A stretch of DNA of 45,122 nucleotides, filler included, from Jimgerdemannia flammicorona (lineage: Eukaryota), in assembly GCA_003990765.1 (NCBI GenBank). It is 2 parts of 2 records of this genome, joined end to end, with 100 filler letters (N's around TTAATTAATTAA, not from the genome) between each part and the next. Parts side by side here need not be neighbours in the genome. Positions count along the whole stretch, not along the records: positions 22,613 to 45,122 come from RBNJ01001259.1; 1 more part is not named here. The stretch is one strand, 5' to 3'. The notes below the pieces were generated by a model that saw only the letters and a program-made list of their open reading frames with translations, was not told the DNA's origin and did not search any database. This document shows, piece after piece, positions 22,818 to 34,356 of the stretch (within the stretch, counting starts at the first letter, position 1; every line of letters starts with the position of its first letter). Both the position numbers and the translations under genes were made by a program.

Positions 22818-25800
22818 TATCATGTAGTGATTACTGAGTCCTTCAAATATGTCAGATTCTCTTCAAGGTATATCTCTTAGACTAACTCAAGTTTGTTATA
22901 AGTAAGTTCTTATTAGAGTACCTTCTCAAGGTCTTATAGTCCTCAAACTTCTTATCTTTAACTATCTTGTTATCTCTTAGATTGCTTGTAAGGGATTGTG
23001 TGTAAATAAACCAGAACTGACTTTATTTCAAAGGAAATAAGAGGGGTATTTATATAAAATATAATTCAATGGTTATTAAGATATAAAGCTAAATATAAAT
23101 TCCAATAACTAAAACTACTAAGTTCCAGAGTCGGTACTGATGGTTGTACAGGTTCAGAATGCTGGTATAATTTGGTGTCACATCAAAATACTAGTACTGA
23201 CATTATTCAGTATTATATCAAAATATCAGTGCTGGTATTATTCAGTGTAATAAAAAACTTAAAGCAGAAAGTTCAGAATCATGGGGGCTTCATTCTCATC
23301 ATCAGAGGTCAGAATATCTTTGAAGGAGATGAGGTCCATGAATTAGTTATATAGGTCATACATTTCATATACTTCACATGCTTCATTGCGCATTTTATGT
23401 ATGTCAAAGTTATATGGGATGACGTCATTGTTGATGATATCAATTCAGCAGTAGTAGGAATAAGAAGATCTGGAGCTCTCCAGTCTATGAGGTTCTCTTC
23501 CACAAAATAGGAGACAAATGTGGGGTCTTGGAGAGGTCTAACCTGGATGCTTGGGTCTTGGAATACTGAGATCAATCCTTGCAGAAATTAGTCTGGATTG
23601 TCTTGAAGGATGGAGTGCCAGAAGTCTTCTACTTTATCATTATTGAGGGTAATAGTGGACTGGGCTTCTGTAGCCACTCTGGGTTCTAGTGTATTGATAT
23701 AGTGAGATGATAGATCTCTGAAATCTGAGACTCTAACATACTCCAAGTTGGGAATCGACTATGGTGCATGCCTGAAAATCTGATGGATCTTCTTAGCTAT
23801 TCTCATTTCATATATATCTATAGGAGTGGCATCTTGTAGCTCTTGAGTGCTGGCCTGTGGGAACTTCCAGCAGAGGAGGTTTCCTATTTTATACTCCTGC
23901 CATATTTGGAGGAATTTGGTGGCAATGGTGATCCTTGTTTCCATTTTAGAGCAGTAGAGGATATAATGATAAGGGTCACCAGTACCCAAGTTGATGCTAG
24001 GAGTCCTTCTTGAGCAGGTCCTCATAGCTCTTCTGATGTCTTGGAACATCCTTTCTTCAACTGAGGTACCTTAGTGGTTCCTTGACCTTGAGGTTTGGCA
24101 GGCAGCAGACATTTCATTTGTAGTAAGTCTTTGAGCTATTTTGAGATTAGTGAGTCTTGTTGGTTGCTGCTACTGCAGTTTCTTGATCCTTCTTTTATAT
24201 TCCTCAAGATACTCATACTGTAGTCACAATGACTCACAGTTGGTCATTATTGCTCATCTCATATGCTATATGATCTCCTTATACTCCGATCTGGTAGCTT
24301 GTGAGGAAAGGCTATCTCCTATACTGATGTCATTATTCTGAGGTCACTGTTACATCTTCCTCCTGAATAAGGATCTTCTTGAGCATCCTTATTCATTGAT
24401 CCAGTTCTGAAAAATTTACTGATCCCATAATCTCTGGCAAAGGGTCAAAAAGTGGTATTTATGGGCTAGTATCTTCTCTTTGTATTTTGGCATAATGGTG
24501 AAGGGTCGCTCCCTTCATATAGAGCAAGGGCCTAATTCAAATCTTGACCAATCAGTTGACAGTTTGAACTCCTCTGACTTTGAAAGTCTTATAGATGAGT
24601 AGTTGCCAGTACTGTATCTCTTAAAGAATAGTCTAGACAGATAGCCTGCTGGTCATGGGATATGCTGTTATGATTTGCGGACTAGAACCTCATAGGTGGT
24701 CATCACATTTTACTTCTCTTGTATAGGTTTGTGGTACTTCTTGAGTCTGTTCCTATGTACTGTGGTAGGCAGTATGGTCCCTGAGATTTATCTAAGCCAG
24801 AAGATAGTTCCCTTGATATCTTGCACATAGAAGGGTCCTTCCCATTTAGGCTCCAGTTTTCACAACCATGAGGCTTCTACTATATTTCAATATAGTAGAA
24901 CCTTTTCTCCAATTCGGATGAATTCTAGAGCCTTGTAATTCTTTTCCACATTCTTCCTTGTCAGTACTTGTGACTTAGTGATATAATCTTCAGCCTTCTT
25001 CCTGATTTGGTATAGTCTCCAGATTTCTGCATCAACCCATCTCCAAGTTAGGTCTAGATTTGTGGCTGAGGTTCTATTGGAATCTTCTTTTCTGAAAAGT
25101 AGCTCTCTTGGGGTAAAGTGTGTGCTCTGTGACTGTATGTCTTGTAGGACAGAGTGGGTGATTGGGAGATAGTTATCCCAATTCTCATATGTCTCTGAGA
25201 TTTTCACTAGGATGTTCTTAAGAGTCTTGTTGGTTCTCTCTGTCTGTTCATTTTCTTGAGGGTGGTATACAGTGGTCTTGATGTACTGGATCTTGTATTT
25301 CTGATACATTATCTCATAGAATCCATTGACAAATTCTGTGCTACAGTCTGTTGTGATTTGCTTTGGTGTCTTGTAGTAGCAGATGATTTCTTGGTGCAGG
25401 AAGTCAGCTATAGAGAGGGCATTGGCCTCTTGTAATACTCCTGCCTCTATCCATTTGGTAAAGAGGTCTACAATAACTATAATATAGTGATTTCCTGATA
25501 GTATTACTGGTAGTGGCCCAATAATATCCATTACAATGTGGTAGAAGGAGATAGACTCAATTCTTGATGACCTGGGTGCCTGGTCTTGCTGATCTTGTTT
25601 TTATTTTTGACACTTATCACACCCTTTGACAAATTGGTACAGGTCTTCTTCCATCTTGGGCACTACATGGTTCTTCTTGCTTTGTTGTATATGTTGGTTC
25701 TTCCTAAGTATCCTTGCTTATATACTTTCTTCATTACTTGATACTTCTTGTGTTTGGGTATTACTAGCTTTCCACCTTTTCTGAGTGTAGTATTGTCTAG

Positions 25801-26012
25801 TTTAAACTGTTTCTAAGTCCAGTTGATAATGGTGATTGTTTAGGGTTCAAGGTGGTTAGGCATCTTCTGCTGCCTAAGATAGCTGATTAATCCATAGTAT
25901 AGCTTCTTATTCATGTTGAATAGTCTTGATGGGGGTGTTTCAGAGTGTTCTTGAGAGTGTATCAGCATTGGTATTGGTTTTTCCTGAGTGGTGCTTGACA
26001 GTATAGTTATAC
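22818..26012 (-). mobile_element. Family A copy A2, 3' half (RNase H end, IN, PPT, 3' LTR)
   Basis: Reverse complement of A1 ~4688-7888; integrase ORF 24887-25531; LTR 24354-22818; cut at 26012 by family B LTR. Confidence 0.92.
23259..24112 (-). pseudogene. LTR-embedded ORF of family A in copy A2
   Basis: ATG 24112; ORF pieces 24049-23759 and 23575-23309 are in the same frame and match the A1 protein up to ENLIDWRAPDLL; frame differs after that. Confidence 0.6.
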
Positions 26013-28059
26013 TGTAAGAGATTTGCTTTTTAGGGTAACTGTTATGTAGTTCTGGAAAGGTTTTCTGGATATTCTGGAATACCATTTTCTTATGGTCAAG
26101 ATCAATTTCATATGGAGTACGTCCTCTATGCTTATTGATTTCAAGATCAGGTTGACGTCTCAACCAAAGTCCTTTTTTGGACTAGTTCTGGATATTCAGA
26201 ATTTCCATATTTCAGGAAGTTCAAGAAACTAAGACCAGTTTAGTTGAATTGGCATATCACTGCAGACAATACCCAATTAGGAAATTTCGTGATGGGGTTA
26301 GGAGTAGGACCTAATGGGGAGTGGATTTACTTAAGAGTGGTTTGTGGGTTATTTGAATGGGTTTATTTGCTATTCATGATATTGCTATGAGTAGTTCTGT
26401 GAAGGGATATTGTGGGGAAGTATTCAGGAATATTCTTGTGTGTTCAAGTCTGAGATTCTAAGGTCTGGGGGAGGGGGTATTTATACTAGTGAGGGGCTAT
26501 CTGGACTATACTGAATATGAATGTAGCACTAAGTACCTTGCTGAGTCAGAACATAGTCACATAGTATAAGTGTGATCTAATATATCAAGAGATTGTCTGA
26601 CTGCTGAGTCAGTTCACAGTCATGTCATACAAGGCTACTCTAACTATACTATGACTGCTAGGCTATTTATGGTTTAGGCACTGTCTGGGTAGTCCTTGAT
26701 GACATCACCATCGATTGTATCATCTCTGATGAAGTAGTCATCTAGAAAGAGTAGTTCGTGGATTACTTCTCCTTGTTCTCTGAGGTAATAATATATTGGA
26801 ACTTCATCTCTATCCCACAGGATAGTATCATCTGTCTCATATGCTGGATAAGATGTTGGTGGGTGAAGGAGGGGTGCATCATCTTCACTTTCATCAGATT
26901 CACTATCTACATACCTTCTGTAGGTTACAGTACTATGAGTCACAGGGTTATAGTAATCTGGTGGCTGTGGTTCATTTTGCTCATACTCGGGTAGTGGAGT
27001 AGTTAGTTCAATGTCGAGGGTTGTCTGGAGGTACAGATCATGTTCTCCAGTCTCTTCATTGTAGTTGAAGTAATCGGGGGTGAACGCAGATTGGTATTCA
27101 TACCAGTGATCATTGTCCCAATAAGTCTCGTATGCTATTATGAATTGTTATAAGTTCATCGGCAAGGTTGGCAGTGTGATCAGGGTTGGCAGAGATCCTT
27201 GGCTAGAGGTCATGTCAGTGTCAGAGGGATCATTGTCTTCTGCTTCATCTTCATCAAAGTGAATTATATCATAGATGTCTTTCATAGCATATCCAACTTG
27301 GGGCATTTGCAGGATACAATCATTAGAGTGTGAGAAGGTTCTGTCTGTGGTTTCGACATACTCGAGGTACTTGTGGTTGAGTTCTTGTATCATATCGTTG
27401 ATTTGGCCATAGGACAGAGTAGCGACCATTTCACTGGTGGTAACTCGGAGGCACAGAATAATAGTACTGTACTCATAGAAGAGTTCTCAATGTTTGCGGG
27501 CGATGAGCTTCTGGTGTTGAGACATCTGGGTAATGTCTGTATCATGATGGTGTTTGACCATATCTTCTAGGAGGCAGCTGATCTGGTAGTAGCTTGAGAT
27601 TTGTCCAATTCGGTGGGCCTCGCTAAGCATGTTCAGAGCATTCCAATAGGCTTCCACAAAGTAGAGGGGTACTAGGCTATGGATATTCATGAGGGGCAGA
27701 GAGGGTGTGACTCAGTTGACAATGGCATTCCAAATGTCAGTTCAGATATGGGTATAGATCATAGTGGTCATGTTTGTGTATTTGGAAGTTGTAGTTGTTG
27801 GTTGTTTTGGTTATCTAATTTGATGTGTCTCAGTATTTGGTATATATGTATTTGGTCCTGATTGGTAAGATTCCATTTGTATAAATCTTGTGTTCTGTGA
27901 CTTCATATTGACTCAGCTTTGTGTGCTGTGACTTCGGTTTGACTCAGCTTTGTAATCAAGCAGGTGATTTCCAGATTTGTTCAGAGGTCGCATGTGATTC
28001 TAGTGGCTTGTTCAGAGGGTGACATGTAATTTCGGTGGCTTGGAGGTTGTGCACTTACA
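26013..28059 (-). repeat. 3' LTR of B (2047 bp)
   Basis: Direct repeat of 34357-36406; TATAAATA on minus strand at 26478-26485, AATAAA at 26362-26367. Confidence 0.95.
26674..27906 (-). pseudogene. LTR-embedded ORF of family B (~410 codons), 3' LTR copy
   Basis: ATG 27906; ORF pieces starting 27690, 27429, 26943 share one frame ending at TAA 26674. Confidence 0.75.
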
Positions 28060-28075
28060 ACTCTCCCCTTCTTAG
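28060..28075 (-). promoter_or_regulatory. Polypurine tract of family B
   Basis: CTAAGAAGGGGAGAGT abutting the 3' LTR; same motif at 38988 and 41020. Confidence 0.9.
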
Positions 28076-28279
28076 CTTTCAATGTCCTTATTGGGGCCTT
28101 CTAATTTTGTTCGGTAGTATAGAGAAAATAGGCTTGCTTTCCATTTTGCCATTTTTCCAGAGGGTCAGTATTCTTGTCTTGTTTTGCTGAGTTCTTGGTT
28201 TGGTCTCCAATAATTATAATATTCGGAAGGATAATATATGGATAGGTGCAGAGTATTTGGTTCTAATTGTTCAAGGAAT

Positions 28280-29560
28280 CATATTCCTGAACTAGGTCAG
28301 TAGCATTCTGGAGATTGGTCTTGAGTTCTCAGGTTATATTGTGGATCAGATAACCTTTTCATTTGACAAGGTACTCAGGGTGGCTCTTGTTGCCACATTT
28401 GTTGAGGATTTGTTCAACTTCGTACTCTTCTTGATTATTAATAATAACAGGTGTAGGTGGTTTAGTGGTCTGGTTTGGAAATAGCTTGTCATCATTCTCA
28501 TTGTATCGCTTGAGATGTTGAACATTAAAGACTGGGTGAATCTTAATGGTGTCTGGTAGTGCCAATTTGTAGGAGGTTAGAGAAACTTGTGCAATAACTT
28601 CAAATAGTCCAATGAACTTGCTGTTCAGCTTTGTAGATAGTCTGTACTTGAGGTTGTCAACTCGGTATCCTCTGATGTCCAGTAGAACTTTTTCTCCAAT
28701 ATCAAAGGTTTCTTCTCAGCAGTGTTGGTTAACATACTGTGACTATTGTTCTTGAGCTTATGATAAATTCTCAATGGCAATCTGGCTTAGATTGCACATT
28801 CAAAGTAAGAATTCTTCAATAGCTTCAACTGTAGAGAGTTCCTCAGTGGTTTGGATAAGTGTCAAAGGGGTGTTTGGGTTTTGTCTAGTATTGGCGAAGA
28901 ATGGGGTCATTCTGAGAGAGGCTTGCTTGCTATTGTTATAGGTAAACTCAACTGCGGTGAGGTATTCATGCCAGTCATCTTGTCTGTAGAAAACATAGTT
29001 CCTTAGCATTTGTTCTAGAGTTCAGATCATTCTTTCAGTTTGGCCATCAGTTTCTGGGTAAAAGGCTGTAGATAGTGCAAGTTTTGTTCCAAGGTGTGCA
29101 TAGAGGGCTTTTCAAAAATGGCTGGTAAATTTCGGGTCTCGATCACTAACTATGATCTTGGGAAGACCATGATAGCAGAAGATGTTGTCAAACAAGAGTG
29201 TGGCTATGTCTGGTGCTGTTGCAGTAGTGGTAGTAGGCACAAAGTGGGCTTGTTTACTGAGATAGTCCACAAAGATAACAATTGCATCTTTCCTGTTCTT
29301 GGTTCAGGGTAGTTGTACAATAAAGTCTATAAAGATTTGTTTCCAATTAGCAGATGATACTGGGATAGGGTGAAGTAAGCCAGGTTTTGCTAGTGTTGAG
29401 AACTTGTTTCATTGGTAGGTATCACAGGAAGTGATGTAGCTTTTGAGCTGATCTGCCATGTGGGGCCAATAGAAGTTTTGAGAGATAACTTTGTAACATT
29501 TATCAAATCCTAAATGTCCAGCTATAGGGGCATCATGATATTTGAATAGGATAGTTCTTT
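28280..29560 (-). pseudogene. B integrase plus chromodomain
   Basis: AGHLGFDK, SCDTYQ, TDGQTER, EFTYNNS, KFIGLF, IHPVFNV, QEEYEVEQIL..EYLVK*KGY. Confidence 0.9.
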
Positions 29561-29769
29561 GGAGGTCTCAGTTATTTGGGACATACAGTCTGTCTTTGTA
29601 GTAGATAGCATTGTCCTTCAGTTGGTATTGATGATACTGTATATGCTTGTTGGCATTGTTACTATTCAGGATTTCTCACAGTGCTTGAGCTTCCTTATCA
29701 TTGGCACATACTGTGATAATTTATTCCATGATAGAGTTTGTAACTAAGGTGAGAGTTTGGATAACCTCT

Positions 29770-31100
29770 TTGATTGGTGGTCTGGAGATTATATCGGCAA
29801 CAATATTTTCCTTGCCAGAGCAGTACTGGATTTTGTAGTCAAAGTTGGTGAGGACTTTCATCCATCTGGCTTGCTTTTGAGAAAGGGTAGCCTGTGTCTT
29901 GATATTGACTAATGATTTGTGGTCAGTCAATATGGTAAAGTGTGCTCCTTCTAGGTAGAGTCGCCATTTGATCAGAGTATCTACAATGGCTAGCATTTCC
30001 TTCTTATGGGTTGCATAATTAATTTCAGCATTATTGAACTTACAAGAGTAATAGGCTACAGGGTGTCCTTCTTATATGAGTACTGCTCCAAGGACTAGGT
30101 CAGAGGCATTAGTGGTAACTTCATATAGCAGTGCAGGGTTTGCCGCTTGAAGTACTGGAGTAGTTATCAGGGCATCCTTTAGTGCTTGAAAGGCAGTATC
30201 TTTCTCAGGTCCCCAAGTTACAAGATTGTTGAAGTCTTTCTCTTATTTTATGGTCCAGGGTTGTTCTTGTTTCTTATTATGCTTGGTCATTTGGGTGAGA
30301 GTGGTAGCAATTTTAGCAAAGTTGGCAACAAATTGCCTGTAATAGTTTGTTAATCCCAGGAATAACTGGAGGTCTTTCAGCTTCTTGGGTCTGGGCCAAT
30401 CCTTGATTGCAGAGATTTTGCTGGGGTCCACTTTGATTCTATTTGGAGTGACAATGTGTCCAAGGAATTGAATTTCTTTCAGGAGAAATTCGCACTTACT
30501 GAGTTTTGCAAAGAGTCAGTTTTCTTGGAGTTTCAGTAGTACTAGTTCAAGGTGTTCAAGATATTCCTCCAGGGTTTTGCTAAAGACTAGGATGTCATCA
30601 ATGTAGACAACAATGAATTTGTCCAGGTATGGATGCAGAATGGTATTCATCAGTATCTGGAAGGTTGCTGGAGCATTAGTTAAGCCAAAGGGCATAACCA
30701 GGAACTTAAAGTATCCATAGCGAGTTTGGAAGGCTGTCTTGTAGATGTCTTCTTCTTTCATGACAATTTGCCAGTAACTATTTTGCAGGTCAAAGGAGCT
30801 CATGAATTGTGGATTGGTAAGTCTATTAAATATTTCATCAATCCTTAGTAGTGGGCAATAGTTCTTGATGGTCTGTTCATTGAGATCACGGTAGTCAATG
30901 CACATTCACAGGTCTCCTCCTTTCTTGACAACAAATAGGACTGGTACACCATAAGGTGATATGCTGGGTCTGATGAATCCTTGTTCTAGGAGTTCATCAA
31001 TTTCTTTCTTGAGTGCATTGATTTCTCTTGGAGACATGTGGTAGATTGACTTGAAGGCTAGTTTGGCATCTGAGATAGTCTTGATGGCATAGTCTACTGC
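29770..31100 (-). pseudogene. pol: B reverse transcriptase and RNase H
   Basis: MCIDYRDLN, FDLQNSYWQI, MPFGLTNAPATFQ, YIDD (30594-30605), FTILTDHKSL, NIVADIISR. Confidence 0.93.
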
Positions 31101-31389
31101 TTGTTTAGGAGGTAGGCCTTTTGGGAGCTTTTTTAGGAATATGTCTCAAAATTTCTGGAGTAGTGGTCTGACATGGCTGTCAGCTTTGAAAAAATCTTCT
31201 TCAGAGTTCTCAGGTTCTCCTTTGGATGGATGGATGGAGATGGTGAAGAGCAGGCATTTCTTGGCCAATTTCTTAAGTTGTAGCTTGTTGATGTGGGTGA
31301 TCTTTGGTCCAGGGTCACCAGAATTAAGTGGGTCTTTTTCGCCTTGCAGTTTGAAGTTGTGGTGTCTCTTCTTGATGGTCAGAGAATGG

Positions 31390-31700
31390 TTTACCCAATC
31401 GATCATGGGGTTCTCTTGTTTTAACCATGGAGTCTCAAGGATGATTTCATTGTCAGGAAGTGGTACAATTTGAAGGGTAACATATACTAAGTAGTCGCCA
31501 ATTCGGATTGGTAGATTGTAGACTTCTTTGCTAATAACATATGAGGTCCCATCAGCTGTAGCAACTGCTTGAGTTTGCTATACTGGAGAGGTAAAGACCT
31601 TCAGTCTGTTGGCTGTCTCTTCATTGATGAAGTTGCCTGAGGCACCACTGTCTATCATAATCTTGACAGGTGCTCGGTTGACAAAAGCCTTAAGTGTGAG
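31390..31700 (-). pseudogene. B aspartic protease
   Basis: KIMIDSGASGNFI near 31630-31665; IILETPWL. Confidence 0.88.
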
Positions 31701-31924
31701 TAGTTTGTCTGATCCAATGGTGGTGATTTCAGTTGTAGGAGCTTTCTTTCTGTTGGTTCTTCTTTGAGCCAGTTCATTGACACAGAAGAAGCAATCATCA
31801 ATCATTCAGGAGGAGTATATTCTAATGCCATAGAGACATCAGCCACTTGGTACATATCCATCTTCGATTTTCTTATAGAATTGTTTTTCTTTGCTCATAG
31901 TAGGTTGGGCTGGGGCCTTGTTTG

Positions 31925-32340
31925 ATGAGCCGAATCCTTTAGATCCTCAGATGGTGGGCAGTAGTTCAGGGACTTCCTTGACTGTCAGGGTTGACTCGAT
32001 TTTTTCAAATAGGATCTGGGTAATGCAGAAACCAATAGGGATCTTGAAGGGTATCCAACTGTAGTTTCAGATGAGGACAATAATTTCGCCTATATAATCC
32101 TTATCAATGACTCCTCCTTCTACTGAGAGTCCTTTCAATGCTAGGCTGCTGCAACAGCATATTCTTCCAACATGTCCTTCAGGGATATGGATGCTGATTC
32201 CTGTGTAGACTTGTTTGACTTCTTGGTTGGAAACTGTAGCTTCTTCCACTGTATACAGGTCATATCCAGCTGCTTTCTGACTTCCTTTGGTTGGGGCTTT
32301 AGCAGTTTGTCTTAACTTGACAAAGTCCAGTGTTCTGGTG
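31925..32340 (-). pseudogene. dut: B dUTPase domain (between gag and PR)
   Basis: AAGYDLY, VYTGISI, SSLALKG, GGVIDKDYIGEIIVLI, ITQILF, GSKGFGSS. Confidence 0.92.
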
Positions 32341-32344
32341 GTCA

Positions 32345-34340
32345 GGTTATTGAGGTGGTGCAGAGTGGTAACAGTTGCTCTTGTTGCTGTTCAGGGTTTT
32401 TAGTTAGGGCAGGTACTGGCCATATGTCCTGTCTTTCGGCAGTAGAAGCATGCTCTGCTTCTTCGAAGTTCATTCCTTTCACCTTCAGTAAGTTTTTTGA
32501 AGATACTTGGTTGGGTAGGTTCATGATTTCTGAGTATCCAAGAGGTGGATGTAGAGGGAGCTCGGGATGCTTCATGCTTGGATTCTTCTTTCTTGGTCCA
32601 AGTCTTTTCCTTGTTGTTAAATTGTCTTCAGGGCAGAATTGGTCCAGCTGTTAGGATTTGCTTGACCATAGTCTTGATTCTTGCCAGGTACCACTGTTGG
32701 TGGTTGCAACCAACTGGGCAGTCTTGTTCTCAGATTTTCTAGTAAGCCATTCAGGCAGGGCATCAAATAAGTGGTCTGCTCTTGTACCATTTCATGCTTC
32801 ATCATTGGCAATGTATCCTAGGCCCACAGTGTTCAGGAGTGACTTGAGTTTTATACAGAAGGTTTTGAATTCTTCTTTACCATATACATCAAATTTGAGG
32901 TTGCAGAGTTTTACTTGAGATTTGGCAATCATGGTTTTGCTGTAGTATTGAGCAATCATGAGTTGTTTGAGTCCAGGGGCTGCAGGATGGGCTCTATATC
33001 CTGGGGCATTGTTTGCTGCATTCTGAGCAACTACTGCAGGTCAGGTATCCCATGTGAGGGGTTTTTCAGGAAGGATTCACCACCATTCTTCGGCAGGTCC
33101 TTGGAAGAATGTAACAACTTGGCAGACATAGGCTATAGTGGTAGCAAAGAGTTGTTCCAGAGTGTGGTCTTGATTGTTTGTCAGAATGCAGTCAGCAACT
33201 TGCTCATTAGTCCATTGATTGGCTTTGAAGTTGGTGTCAACTACACTAATGAAGCTTTGGACTTCTTGTGCAGTACCATTGAAGGTAGGTAGACTCAGAT
33301 TTTTTATAGATCGGGTCTGTTCAGCTAAGGCAGTAATGGTTGCTGCCATTATAGCTACTTGGGCTGTGAGATCAAGAATCTGTTGGTTTGCCATATTGTT
33401 TGCTGGAGGTAGTTGGACTGCTAGTAGTGGTATTACTAGTACTACTTGAGGTACTGGTGCAGAGTGTGATAGGGTTCTTTGGGTCTGTGTAAGTTGCTGG
33501 AGTAGTAGTTGTGGATCTGGAGTAAGGGCTTGATAGATAGCTATTTGTTGTTGTGTAGGTGTATTCTGTCCTGATGGGAGTGCGTCTCCTTTAGTAGTGT
33601 ATCCAGTATCAAATTCAGTGAGATACTCCTCCTCCTCTTCAGTTTGATCCCTGTATAATTGGGTTTGCTTGGCATTGAAGTAGACAGAATCAGTTGTATA
33701 TCTAATTTCAGATGGACTTAATTCAAAGTCAAGTTCAGGTTCAGTATTGGTTTCAGATTCAGGTAGGGCTGTAGTAGGACCTGCTTCAGGTTCAGGGTCA
33801 GGTAGTTGATGAAGGGTTTCTCTTGCTTCTTCTTTAAGAATATGGCAGGCCTTGCTGTTCTGAAATCAGTAGTATAGTGTGGTCTTGGTCCTGGTATGGT
33901 GAAAGTTGGTAGAGTTGAGCCACTTGGCTACAGAGGCTTGGGCTTCATGGGGAACTAAGGCTAGGAAGACTGCTGCTGGTTGTCCTAGATCGCTCGGATT
34001 TGTGGAGCTGACAAAACTCTTGTTGAGAAGAGTAAAGAAGGCTTCAATAAGACCTTCTTCATCTTGACTTGCTGGGTGTAGTGCAAGAAGTTCGGTGAAT
34101 AGGGTTTCTCCTATTTGCTGATTTAATCGGAGTACTTCTTTCTTTGAATGAAGTTTGTCCCACTTGTTGTAAGTGTGGAGGTCAAATTGTCCTTATACAT
34201 CAGGTTCAATTCTCTCCAGATTGTCGGATGGTTCAGGATAAATTCCAGTTCAGAGGTTGGGCTTTATACTAACTTGTAGGAATTCTCAGAAGGGTTTGTA
34301 GTGGGGTAAGGAAGCATCTTGAAGTGGAATTGGATTGTAA
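32345..34340 (-). pseudogene. gag: B gag with long in-frame N-terminal extension
   Basis: LPTFNGTAQEVQSFI capsid start (ORF 33394-33077); CFYCRKTGHMASTC knuckle at ~32410-32452; frame stays largely open upstream to the PBS. Confidence 0.8.
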
Positions 34341-34353
34341 ACTGCTGCTACCA
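34340..34353 (-). promoter_or_regulatory. Primer-binding site of family B (initiator tRNA-Met type)
   Basis: TGGTAGCAGCAG 3 nt after the 5' LTR; same in B'2 ending at 44409; TGGTAGC matches the complement of tRNAi-Met 3' ends. Confidence 0.8.
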
Positions 34354-34356
34354 AGT

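Noticed and set aside
4688..26012. A1 and A2 as a giant inverted repeat or composite element
   Set aside because: They lie on opposite sides of the artificial join, so relative orientation and distance are unknown.
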